From: a virus | Taxonomy: Duplodnaviria; Caudoviricetes | Strand: one strand, 5' to 3' | IMG/VR virus record: IMGVR_UViG_3300017908_000157 | Location: 1-41,365 of that record | Length of the DNA: 41,365 bases | In this document: positions 9,658-18,050 of the stretch, one piece after another | Numbering within the stretch: the first letter of the stretch is position 1 | How the letters are laid out: every line of letters starts with the position of its first letter | Program-made: the position numbers and the translations under genes | Notes under the pieces: model-generated | Told to the model about the DNA's origin: nothing | What the model saw: only the letters and a program-made list of their open reading frames with translations | Databases searched by the model: none

Positions 9658-9875
9658 AACTCACCTGTCACTTTGAAAAAGAACAAAGGCTCGTCGCTAA
9701 ACATTGCAGCAAAAGAAAACATCGCATCCGCTAAATCAAGCAATAACTCGCAAGCCCAATTCCTTGCAGATATTTCAGGGCATTCTGAATAAGGTTGATT
9801 GACGTATATTGGTACAAAGCCATACATCAAGCCTTTGTGAGTCCACTCTTGTCCGTACTTGCATTTTAACGACAT
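9654..9875 (-). CDS. Hypothetical protein
   Basis: Overlaps both neighbours in the neck operon. Confidence 0.6.
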   Translation of the reverse strand: MSLKCKYGQEWTHKGLMYGFVPIYVNQPYSECPEISARNWACELLLDLADAMFSFAAMFSDEPLFFFKVTGEL

Positions 9876-10231
9876 GGCTTAATGCTCCGCGCAAATCTCA
9901 ACGGTTTACTGAATAAACCGATTATACACTCACCAGCAGGAAGTGCCGCTAACTGTTGTCCGTAGCGCGTTGATTCAAGCCCTTTTCCGCCAAAGAAGCC
10001 ATAAGACGCGCTAGCGCCTTGCCTTGTGGTTTCGCTTGTTACGCTGCCACCTGATGACATTTCTATCATGTGCGCAACGGCTAGCGACACAGCCAAGTCT
10101 TGCATATCTTGATTGTAGTTAGACAAACACGCCTCAGCGTCATCGAACATAGCGCCATACAGGTCTATTTGCGCATCTGTTGCGCTTGGTAATAGCGCTT
10201 TAACTTTGTAGCTTGGTATGACGACGGCCAT
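9866..10231 (-). CDS. Head-tail adaptor protein (DUF4054-like)
   Basis: LAVAH and LESTRYGQQ motifs. Confidence 0.75.
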   Translation of the reverse strand: MAVVIPSYKVKALLPSATDAQIDLYGAMFDDAEACLSNYNQDMQDLAVSLAVAHMIEMSSGGSVTSETTRQGASASYGFFGGKGLESTRYGQQLAALPAGECIIGLFSKPLRFARSIKPCR

Positions 10232-10242
10232 TATAATCTTTC

Positions 10243-10283
10243 CACTGGTCGGAGTTGTTTGTGTATGACTAGTGTACTATATT
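10243..10283 (+). promoter_or_regulatory. FadR-like box promoter, class A
   Basis: CACTGGTCGGAGTTGTT-T-N17-TATATT. Confidence 0.75.
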
Positions 10284-10313
10284 CGGGGCTGAATTAACAA
10301 ATTGGAGATTGAT

Positions 10314-10517
10314 ATGGCATGGACACCACCAACCATGACTAAAGAACAAATGATTGATAGGGACATAGTAAACTTTATAGAGTATCTAAAAAATGAGTAT
10401 GGCATAACTAGGGTCTTGCCAAGCATAAAAATAAAAGATGGGGAGATTGTCATTTACGGTGGCTATACTGGGATAGCAATTAGTAGCGATGGTAGCGTTG
10501 TTTACGAGACTAAATAA
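10314..10517 (+). CDS. Hypothetical protein (antisense island 1)
   Basis: GGAGATTG RBS, ATG 10314, own promoter and terminator. Confidence 0.8.
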   Translation: MAWTPPTMTKEQMIDRDIVNFIEYLKNEYGITRVLPSIKIKDGEIVIYGGYTGIAISSDGSVVYETK

Positions 10518-10546
10518 AAACCCCGCACTAGGCGGGGCTTGTTCTT
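10516..10546. terminator. Bidirectional intrinsic terminator
   Basis: CCCCGC-acta-g-GCGGGG hairpin between convergent genes. Confidence 0.75.
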
Positions 10547-10697
10547 ACTTTTCGTCAGCCTTCGGTTTTGAGGTTTTACGTGTCGTCTTTTTAGGTGTAG
10601 CTACTTCAAGCTTTTTATCACCCGACTCACTTTCGACCTTTGGAGGGGTGATAATCTTACCACCCATACCAAACACGCGACCTTTAGCGTTAGCCAT
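10545..10697 (-). CDS. 50-aa Lys-rich protein after major capsid gene (MANAKGRVFG...KADEK)
   Basis: TAATG coupling with capsid stop; ends at terminator. Confidence 0.7.
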   Translation of the reverse strand: MANAKGRVFGMGGKIITPPKVESESGDKKLEVATPKKTTRKTSKPKADEK

Positions 10698-11773
10698 TAG
10701 ATTTCCCGCGCATACAGAACGCCCGAGCGTCCAGCCGTATCCGCTTTAATAAGCAAGCCAGCAGCGCCCCAAGTAACGAAGTTATAAGGGTCGTTAAACA
10801 TATTACGCACAACAGGCTGCGTATTAACAGCCATACCCACTTGCAACTGAACGTATTCATCAGAGTTAGCCCATGCTAGGAACTCGTTACCACTTAGCTG
10901 CGAGCCGTTAGATTTAACGATGTCAGCAACACCTGGAATATTACGCAATGCTTCAAGCGTGTTACGGAATTTTGAGTCCGCAGTACCTGTGCGTAGTGCG
11001 TTAAACCAGATTTCAGAACTTACCGCGAAGGTGATGTTCATATCAACGTTGTTAGCTGGCCCTTGTAGCGCTGTTAACGCTGCAATGATAGCCTTTTCAA
11101 AGTCTGCGTAAGTTGCAGAAGCCGAGGTTAAGTCAACGTTTACACCTGCCGCGCCCAACTGCAATGATTGCGTGTTAGGACTGTTCTTCATGCCGTAAGC
11201 CTGAGCGCCTTTGTATTGAACATCAGCAACGCCGTTAAGCGCATGGTCGTAGATGCTGCGACGCACAGAGCGAACAGTGTTTGCTTGGTCATCCTGCAAT
11301 GCGTCAAAGTCTTCACTGCGCATTGCTTCAACTTCACGCCATTGACGGCCAAATGCGTCGTCGTGAATCAACACTAGTGCACCGTCGTAATCGTAAGCTG
11401 CACGGTCTAGCTTGTGCGCTTGACGACCGCTGATAGTGGCTTGTGCCGCGCCAGAGTCAGACGCTTGTGCGTACTCAGCAACGATTTTGCCAACAGGCAG
11501 TGAGCGAGTCGGTAGCAATGAAACGATGTTAGCACCTTCATCACCAGCCATTACGCGCTTAATCGTGCGGTCGAAGTCGCGGTAAGTGTCTTGTGGTACA
11601 CGACCAGCGTTAGCCGCTAGAAACGAGTTACCCATCAAGCCAGCAGATACAGCCTCGCCGATAAGGTTCGCTTCACGGTTGCCGTGAAGTTTACGCATAT
11701 TAACAATTTGGTTGTATTGCGCTTTTGCATTGCCAGAGTTAGCAATGATTTGTTTATCAAGATATAAGCTCAT
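10697..11773 (-). CDS. Major capsid protein
   Basis: 358 aa after protease/scaffold and decoration genes; GMKNSPN motif. Confidence 0.85.
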   Translation of the reverse strand: MSLYLDKQIIANSGNAKAQYNQIVNMRKLHGNREANLIGEAVSAGLMGNSFLAANAGRVPQDTYRDFDRTIKRVMAGDEGANIVSLLPTRSLPVGKIVAEYAQASDSGAAQATISGRQAHKLDRAAYDYDGALVLIHDDAFGRQWREVEAMRSEDFDALQDDQANTVRSVRRSIYDHALNGVADVQYKGAQAYGMKNSPNTQSLQLGAAGVNVDLTSASATYADFEKAIIAALTALQGPANNVDMNITFAVSSEIWFNALRTGTADSKFRNTLEALRNIPGVADIVKSNGSQLSGNEFLAWANSDEYVQLQVGMAVNTQPVVRNMFNDPYNFVTWGAAGLLIKADTAGRSGVLYAREI

Positions 11774-11783
11774 TACTTACTCC

Positions 11784-12200
11784 TTATTTCACGTATACGC
11801 GAATTGAGCCAGCGCTACCAGTGGTAGTTACAGCCTCGTCAGCGTATGCAATTACGTTAGTGCCAGCACCAAGCGCAACCAAGTTACCAGATGCGTCGGT
11901 GGTGAGCGCGTCGTCTTTAGCGATAGTTTGACCTGCCGCTAGCGCCATTTCGTAGTACTCACCCGATTGAGGTCGAGCGCCTTGTACGGTTTCACCTGCC
12001 GGGTAATCTTCTGTAACCTCGCCAAGAACATTCTCTAGCGCGAAGTAAACCATGCCTTCTTGGTCAGCACCAGCTGCCGCAAATGCGCCAGATGATACAA
12101 CCAAAACTTGGCGTGGGCTGATAACTTCAGACGCAGGAAATTCCGTTACGTCAGGATGGCTCTCAGCAGGGCCAATATAAACTATGTTTGACATTACCAA
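11784..12200 (-). CDS. Head decoration / cement protein
   Basis: Small Ala/Gly-rich protein immediately before capsid gene. Confidence 0.7.
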   Translation of the reverse strand: MVMSNIVYIGPAESHPDVTEFPASEVISPRQVLVVSSGAFAAAGADQEGMVYFALENVLGEVTEDYPAGETVQGARPQSGEYYEMALAAGQTIAKDDALTTDASGNLVALGAGTNVIAYADEAVTTTGSAGSIRVYVK

Positions 12201-12205
12201 TCCCC

Positions 12206-13567
12206 TTATTCTGGAAGTGTGTCAGATAGGTAAGAATCGTCAGAGTTGCCCTCTAACGATTGCGCACCCGCTAAACCAAAAGCCGCTGGCTTTGGTAGCA
12301 TTGCTTTAAGTGAGTTAACCGAAAGCGCTTTGATTTCAGACTCAGACAATTCGATTGAATTAGCTTTAAGCTTTTCAGCCAGCTTTTTCTTTTCTTCCTC
12401 GTCTTCGTCGTCTTTCATGTCTTTCATAGCCGCTTTCACAGCCTCATTAACCATGGCTTGCACGTCGGGCTGGCTCTGCTCGCCCTGTGCGGTTGTTTCG
12501 GCGGCATTCGCCTGTAGCATTGACTCGTAAGCCTCTAGCATTGCGGCATCATCCATATTGGCTGTGTCAATACTGTTAGCTTTGAGTTGCTTCATAATAT
12601 GCTCTTTGAACATATCTTTGCCCTCGTCTTGGTTTGAAGTTAAGCCCACAAATGGACTGGTTAGAACACTTTTAACACCCGAAGAAATGCGCTCCCAAAT
12701 GGTTTTACGCTTCACTTCTTCCAGTGTGTCGTCAATCATTACGGATTCACCATCACGCATGTATTTAACCATGTAAGACGTTTCACCGTCCTCAAATACT
12801 GCGTAATCGTCACCGAAGTCATTAAGCCATACGTGCTTTTCGTTGCCACCAAACTTCTTTTGTATCTCAGCTTGGAGCGTTTCACGTAGGTCATTAAAAG
12901 ATTGGTTTACGTCTAGCACGGCAGTATTAACTGATAACTGTTGACCGTCATGCTGTACGTGTGTGAATAGATTTGCATTAACCATCATGCCTACACCGTC
13001 GGCTGGTGTGGCTGCACCGTCTTCGTCAAGTAAAATCGCATCGTGGTCGAACACATACCCCACAGCCTTCCAAGCGTACTCTTTGCCGTTATCAGAAACG
13101 CCTTGCTCATTAACACGATTAAGCAATACGCCTGTGCTTGTGTGAATCGGCTGGTTAGTGTCGATAGCCTCGATTAGTCTGCGCCCACGCTCTGTTTGCA
13201 TGGCGGTATCAACGTGGATATGCTTTTCAACATAAACCCTATGCCCATATTGCTCGCACTCGACACGCTTAACATTCTTGTTAAACACGCCGCACTGATA
13301 GTACAGAATTCCGTCAGGGCTGTTTGCAGTGATGAAGTTACCTTGTGCATCGGTTGGGTGCCCAATGGGTGCGGGAGTATCTTCAAGGCTTGCATAACCT
13401 TTTTCGATTTCCTCAGCTGGGTATAGGCCGCCATTCATTACCACGTTATCCGGCAATGTATAACTAGGTACAATATACACCAAATCGCCGCGCTCGTTAC
13501 GCTCACGACGAATTGCTGAGTTATTTACCCTATTAACTATCGTTACTAATTGCTTTGTCATAGCCAT
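12206..13567 (-). CDS. Prohead protease / scaffold protein
   Basis: VMNGGLYP, PAPIGHP, FDHDAILL motifs; helical C-terminus. Confidence 0.8.
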   Translation of the reverse strand: MAMTKQLVTIVNRVNNSAIRRERNERGDLVYIVPSYTLPDNVVMNGGLYPAEEIEKGYASLEDTPAPIGHPTDAQGNFITANSPDGILYYQCGVFNKNVKRVECEQYGHRVYVEKHIHVDTAMQTERGRRLIEAIDTNQPIHTSTGVLLNRVNEQGVSDNGKEYAWKAVGYVFDHDAILLDEDGAATPADGVGMMVNANLFTHVQHDGQQLSVNTAVLDVNQSFNDLRETLQAEIQKKFGGNEKHVWLNDFGDDYAVFEDGETSYMVKYMRDGESVMIDDTLEEVKRKTIWERISSGVKSVLTSPFVGLTSNQDEGKDMFKEHIMKQLKANSIDTANMDDAAMLEAYESMLQANAAETTAQGEQSQPDVQAMVNEAVKAAMKDMKDDEDEEEKKKLAEKLKANSIELSESEIKALSVNSLKAMLPKPAAFGLAGAQSLEGNSDDSYLSDTLPE

Positions 13568-13587
13568 AAATACGGTTATTTTTCACT

Positions 13588-13616
13588 ATGGTATCGCGTA
13601 TGGGTTGTGGGGTCAA
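13588..13616 (-). promoter_or_regulatory. Sigma70-like promoter for scaffold-capsid operon
   Basis: TTGACC-N17-TACCAT. Confidence 0.65.
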
Positions 13617-13617
13617 C

Positions 13618-13658
13618 AACTGGTCAGAGTTGTTGCGGATGTGTTTATGGTGTAGGTT
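13618..13658 (+). promoter_or_regulatory. FadR-like box promoter, class A
   Basis: AACTGGTCAGAGTTGTT-G-N17-TAGGTT. Confidence 0.75.
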
Positions 13659-13688
13659 TGGTGAAGGTTTAATTTGGAGATTGAGATT

Positions 13689-13841
13689 GTGAGATACAAA
13701 GTAAAAACGCAAATGATAATGGAAGAAACCCTATGGGTTGAAGCTGATAACGAGGATGATGCGAAAGCAATGGCTCATGCAGAAGCTTCTTATGTTGATG
13801 GCAGTTGGTACGATGCTGAGATTTTGGAGGAAGAAGAATGA
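13689..13841 (+). CDS. 50-aa acidic hypothetical protein (island 2)
   Basis: GGAGATTG RBS + GTG; MRYKVKTQ...EILEEEE. Confidence 0.7.
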   Translation: MRYKVKTQMIMEETLWVEADNEDDAKAMAHAEASYVDGSWYDAEILEEEE

Positions 13842-13984
13842 ACCTAAAAACCCCAAAGCAAGTCATCAACATGCGCAAGAAAGCTAAACAGGCGGCTATT
13901 GACGAAACCAAGCGTTTACAGCAACGCCGCCTAGATGCCGATGAGCGTAAATTTTTAAATGAGTTTAGGGAGGTTTGGGAGTGA
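13838..13984 (+). CDS. 48-aa hypothetical protein
   Basis: ATGA overlap, GGAGG upstream. Confidence 0.65.
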   Translation: MNLKTPKQVINMRKKAKQAAIDETKRLQQRRLDADERKFLNEFREVWE

Positions 13985-14148
13985 GTGACAAATGCGCAAG
14001 AATAATATCCGGAGCCATATTCGATTACAATCAAATGATTCTAGGTAAGCCCAAGGCTGAGTTTTCTCCATTAATTATTTTGGATAGAGAACAAATCGAG
14101 CAACTCCAACACTTCGCCAAACAAGGCGTTAAGGTTAGGTTGAAATGA
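13981..14148 (+). CDS. 55-aa hypothetical protein
   Basis: GTGA overlap, GGAGG upstream. Confidence 0.6.
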   Translation: MSDKCARIISGAIFDYNQMILGKPKAEFSPLIILDREQIEQLQHFAKQGVKVRLK

Positions 14149-14315
14149 GCATTAAGAAAGTAATCGGGTATACTGGTTTGATTTTGGTTTTCCTTTTCGT
14201 CGTTGGCGTGCAAGCTTATGAATACGGCCTAATTGCCGCCATCTTAAATTGGGTTATTGTCGCATTTATATTCGCTATAATTATTTACTGCATAAAGCTC
14301 ATTGAGGAGAGTTGA
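14145..14315 (+). CDS. 56-aa two-TM membrane protein
   Basis: ATGA overlap; two hydrophobic segments. Confidence 0.65.
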   Translation: MSIKKVIGYTGLILVFLFVVGVQAYEYGLIAAILNWVIVAFIFAIIIYCIKLIEES

Positions 14316-14316
14316 T

Positions 14317-14613
14317 ATGATTATAAACCATATCAAAAAGCATGGATTTAAAGTTACTTGGTGCAAGCTATTTCATAGCTATAAGTGCTCAGAGTTTGCT
14401 TTTAAAAGCATAAGAGTCTCGCCCTGCGATTTCTTCGATGGTGTAAATGACTATGTGGCAACGTATGAGGTTAAATGCAGTTGCGGCTGCTCATACGAGC
14501 AATCATTCTTAATTCTTGGAAAAAGCGAGTATTTCCCTGAGGGCTGCCCTGACATCTACGGGGCGCAAATAAAAGCTAGAAACTCAACAAGAATGGAGTT
14601 GGTAGGGAAATGA
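14317..14613 (+). CDS. Cys-rich hypothetical protein
   Basis: GAGGAG RBS, ATG 14317; CSCGC motif. Confidence 0.65.
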   Translation: MIINHIKKHGFKVTWCKLFHSYKCSEFAFKSIRVSPCDFFDGVNDYVATYEVKCSCGCSYEQSFLILGKSEYFPEGCPDIYGAQIKARNSTRMELVGK

Positions 14614-14780
14614 GCTACCAACATCAACTAGCAATCGAATTTATGAGCAAGCTATCTGCAAGCGTTGTGATATATCAATGTATGCAGGCAGAGTACAGTG
14701 AGAATTGGATAGATTCAATAAATGGCGAATTCGACAAGACATACGAAGAAATTTACGGCTATTTGCCGCATGGGTGTTGA
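14610..14780 (+). CDS. 56-aa hypothetical protein
   Basis: ATGA overlap; tiles the island. Confidence 0.55.
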   Translation: MSYQHQLAIEFMSKLSASVVIYQCMQAEYSENWIDSINGEFDKTYEEIYGYLPHGC

Positions 14781-14781
14781 T

Positions 14782-15027
14782 ATGAAATTCACACCATTTA
14801 ACGAACCCGTGCCCAACATAGACTACGAATATTCGCCCCAACAAACAGTAAGCGATACTGCAAATAGAATGATGCGTGATTTTTACGAAGAGTTAGAGGG
14901 CGTAATATGTTGCGCAATGGCTGCCGGAGTTAGCGCAAGCCAGATAATCATGACGGAGCCAAAAATGATTACGAATGGATATGAGGTAAAGATGGTGTGC
15001 AATATAAGTTTCGAGGGGTTGATCTAA
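14782..15027 (+). CDS. Hypothetical protein
   Basis: ATG right after the previous stop; converges on head morphogenesis gene. Confidence 0.6.
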   Translation: MKFTPFNEPVPNIDYEYSPQQTVSDTANRMMRDFYEELEGVICCAMAAGVSASQIIMTEPKMITNGYEVKMVCNISFEGLI

Positions 15028-15956
15028 CCCCTCGTTTTCTCCTTATGCATAGCAAAGAAAGCCTCACCTCTTTTGCGCTGTCTTTCAATTAATTTCTTTT
15101 GTGTTGGCTCGCCGTTAACAAATACCACTTCGACAGTGGAGCAAAGGCAGTTAATTAAGTTCGCGCCTTCATTCTGCCATTCTCTTTCATCTTCGAGTGT
15201 GTATATCTTGCCATGCCTTGCAGCGTGTGAAGGTCGTGTGTTTTCCACTAGGGCAGACACATGCATCACGCGCACCTCCAAGCCCAATCTATCTCTAACG
15301 TCTTTCGTTTCCTCGTAACGCGCTTCTTTGAATGAGTTATTAACCTCAGTCCTCGCAATACGCAAAGCCCGATAACCCTGAATCTGGTCAAACGTCTTGC
15401 GAATATCACGCGCAATTGTGCGGGGCGATTGACCTAATGCCACGCCTTCACCAAGTATGCGCCCTAAGTCATTGGCAGATTGGCCAGCGAACCCTTTCAT
15501 GCTTTCAAAAGCCCTAGCCGCAATAATCTCAAAGCGTCGAGCGTATTCTGGCGAAGTTAACACGCTATCAAGGTGCATGACCTCTGCTATGTTTGGCGCT
15601 GCCGATTCTGCTGCTTTCTTTAGTCGTGTGAAAGCCTTAGTCGTACCCTCTTGCCATGCCTTGCCTAGGTATTGACTAAGAAACCACCCACGATTAAAAC
15701 CGTCTAACTCTAACGCCTGATAAAACAACGCTTGCAACTCATCGAATAAACCTGCAATGCGCTGCGGGTTAACATCGTAGTTGTACCGCGTCTTGTTAAC
15801 CGTTATCGACTCAACAGGGAAACTATCAAGAATAGCTAAAACAGGTTTGCGTAGTCGCTCCACGCGCTTGCTTATGTCAACTTTTGCGCGCAGACGATTA
15901 CCAGCCTGCCCGGTCGGGTCTTTTTCTAGTCTGGTTGGTACGATTTTTTGCGCCAT
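15024..15956 (-). CDS. Head morphogenesis protein (SPP1 gp7 / Mu F-like)
   Basis: RALRIARTE, TRPSHAARHGK and NCLC motifs. Confidence 0.85.
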   Translation of the reverse strand: MAQKIVPTRLEKDPTGQAGNRLRAKVDISKRVERLRKPVLAILDSFPVESITVNKTRYNYDVNPQRIAGLFDELQALFYQALELDGFNRGWFLSQYLGKAWQEGTTKAFTRLKKAAESAAPNIAEVMHLDSVLTSPEYARRFEIIAARAFESMKGFAGQSANDLGRILGEGVALGQSPRTIARDIRKTFDQIQGYRALRIARTEVNNSFKEARYEETKDVRDRLGLEVRVMHVSALVENTRPSHAARHGKIYTLEDEREWQNEGANLINCLCSTVEVVFVNGEPTQKKLIERQRKRGEAFFAMHKEKTRG

Positions 15957-15961
15957 GGCTC

Positions 15962-16001
15962 AACTGGTCTAATCTGTTAATTGGTATTAGTGTACTACAC
16001 T
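15962..16001 (+). promoter_or_regulatory. FadR-like box promoter, class B
   Basis: AACTGGTCTAATCTGTT-A-N16-TACACT. Confidence 0.75.
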
Positions 16002-16030
16002 GTGCTGGATTTAACTAATTGGAGAAGATT

Positions 16031-16294
16031 GTGAAGAAAGTTATCGTTGAGGTGCCAGAAGATTACACCAGAATTCGTTACAGTAGAAAAGGTGATGAAT
16101 GCTCTATGTATTACGCAAAAGAAGTCAGCTTTACACCTGAGTCGAAAATACAACAACCATCCGTACCGATTCAGTTTGTTTGGCACGATGGATGTCTTTA
16201 CCATGAAGATTCATGCCGAAACATGGAGCTACCAATAGAAGAAAACTGCACCGTCGAGCAAATCGGCGCTGTGCTTTATGTGAGGGGTGAGTGA
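16031..16294 (+). CDS. Hypothetical protein (island 3)
   Basis: GGAGAAGATT RBS + GTG 16031. Confidence 0.7.
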   Translation: MKKVIVEVPEDYTRIRYSRKGDECSMYYAKEVSFTPESKIQQPSVPIQFVWHDGCLYHEDSCRNMELPIEENCTVEQIGAVLYVRGE

Positions 16295-16620
16295 TGTTTA
16301 AGGTCACAGAAAAGGCGATGAGGCCAGCGTCACCAAATAGAAACTGCTTTTATTGCGGCGAGCCTGTTGGGGGTACGCATAGGGATTCTTGCGTACTTAT
16401 AAATAGAAAAGTAAAGGTAAAGGTTTCTTTTGAAATGGTTATTAATGAGCCTGCGTCATGGGATAAAGAGTTTATAGAATATGCTAAAAATGAAGCCTCG
16501 TGGTGTACCGATAATATATTGAATGATATATGCGAAAAGGCAGATAGCGAGGGATGCTCTTGCGGGTTTGGAAGCGTAGAGGTTTTAGAGTTGACGGATG
16601 ATGTATTTCTGGATGAGTAG
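16291..16620 (+). CDS. Cys-rich hypothetical protein (possible Zn-binding)
   Basis: CFYC...H...C; overlap with previous gene. Confidence 0.7.
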   Translation: MMFKVTEKAMRPASPNRNCFYCGEPVGGTHRDSCVLINRKVKVKVSFEMVINEPASWDKEFIEYAKNEASWCTDNILNDICEKADSEGCSCGFGSVEVLELTDDVFLDE

Positions 16621-16644
16621 TGGCGGTTGTCGCCACTACTCTTT
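16616..16644. terminator. Hairpin between island 3 and portal gene
   Basis: AGTAGTGGCG-gttgt-CGCCACTACT perfect 10-bp stem. Confidence 0.6.
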
Positions 16645-16693
16645 ACCCGGAGATTTGGGCTTCCCTGTTGGTTTTCTTGGCGTATACCCTTGG

Positions 16694-18013
16694 TTAACTA
16701 TCAATCTCACCATCCCCACCATCGTCAACCACTTCTTCAAACTCTGGCTTTTTCTCATAACCTGCAATCTCAAGCATCTGGTTAGGGTTAAACACCTCTT
16801 GCATGGTCTTGGTGTTAATCTCAGCCATTTTCAGCGCTAGATTAAGTTTAGCCTCGTCACCTGCTGCGGTTAGGTCATCAAACTCAACTATCTTGTTCGC
16901 ACCGTCGTAATCAGTGTATTCGGTTAGCCATTCAAGCATTGAATACATTTGCATTAACAGGTAGTTTTCGCGGCGAGACTGTGCGGTTTGTTTGTCGATG
17001 CCTGTATCTTGCTCACCTGCTAGTACGCCAGTCTGAGCACCTACCAATCCCTTAGCAGACCAGCCCCGACCTGCTGCAACGTCTTCAAGCGCTATCTGAC
17101 TAGCCTTATCGATTGCTGCAATAGAGCCGCTGTCTCCGATGCCCTTTAATTCCATGCCGCCTAAGTATGGCACAGCGTCAAAGCTATCCTGCATGTCTGT
17201 GATAGCCTGAGTCAGGTCGTCCATTTCATCATCACTTGGAGCGCTACCCGAAGTATCAGCCGCAGCTTGCAATACCGCTCGCATAGCTGCCTTTTTCCAG
17301 AAGCCCTCTGCACCTGCACCGCGCACCTTTTCCCAATCCATTAAAGCGTTGTAGATAGGCTCTAGGCATGACTCGCCGTAGATGGTGTTGCCCACTGCGC
17401 CCTCATTCCATATCCACACACGGCTATGGTGGATAGTCATTTGCTCTGTTCCGTCGCGCTGGCTTGATTGTCTTACACCGTTTTGCTGATAGGTGTAATG
17501 AAGCGGCATTCCATAACGAGGCGATTGCGGGTCAAGGTCGAGATTACCTGGTATTAATTGCCCTTCCCACGCTGGCATCAAATCAATGATGTTATCCATG
17601 GTCGTACGCTGCATGGGCTTGTCAAGTGTTAACCCATCAGCAACGCGCACGATAACACCCGCGTAATGACCAACGGACTGCATGTCATCAACCTGTCGAA
17701 GCTTAGGCCACATTTTAAGGCGCTTGGCAAACTGTTTAAATTGCTCGTCTATTTCGTCATCGTTAATCTTAACCATTGGCGGCGTTAACCAACACATATC
17801 AATCGGACGCTTAACCGCTGCGCGAGCTAAACCGATACGGCGATACACTGAGTAATAAAACCAGAAATCAAGCGCTAACGGATAACCATAATCGCTGTAA
17901 GCCTTGCCGTGCTTTGTGCCTGTGAAGTGACCTACACCAGAATAAAACGGCAAGCGCTTCAATGCTGAATTAAGCTTTAATTGCCCCGTCGTGGGCTTAA
18001 TGTGTGGTTTCAT
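16694..18013 (-). CDS. Portal protein (DUF1073-like)
   Basis: Follows TerL; YGYP, GAGAEGFWK and LVGAQTG motifs. Confidence 0.85.
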   Translation of the reverse strand: MKPHIKPTTGQLKLNSALKRLPFYSGVGHFTGTKHGKAYSDYGYPLALDFWFYYSVYRRIGLARAAVKRPIDMCWLTPPMVKINDDEIDEQFKQFAKRLKMWPKLRQVDDMQSVGHYAGVIVRVADGLTLDKPMQRTTMDNIIDLMPAWEGQLIPGNLDLDPQSPRYGMPLHYTYQQNGVRQSSQRDGTEQMTIHHSRVWIWNEGAVGNTIYGESCLEPIYNALMDWEKVRGAGAEGFWKKAAMRAVLQAAADTSGSAPSDDEMDDLTQAITDMQDSFDAVPYLGGMELKGIGDSGSIAAIDKASQIALEDVAAGRGWSAKGLVGAQTGVLAGEQDTGIDKQTAQSRRENYLLMQMYSMLEWLTEYTDYDGANKIVEFDDLTAAGDEAKLNLALKMAEINTKTMQEVFNPNQMLEIAGYEKKPEFEEVVDDGGDGEIDS

Positions 18014-18050
18014 GCTATCGAATCCGGTTAATTTTTACCTAGTGTATCAT

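Noticed and set aside
319-13426. Many plus-strand ORFs antisense to structural genes (e.g. 2205-2684 Pro-rich)
   Set aside because: Shadow frames of Gly/Ala-rich genes with no RBS or promoter.
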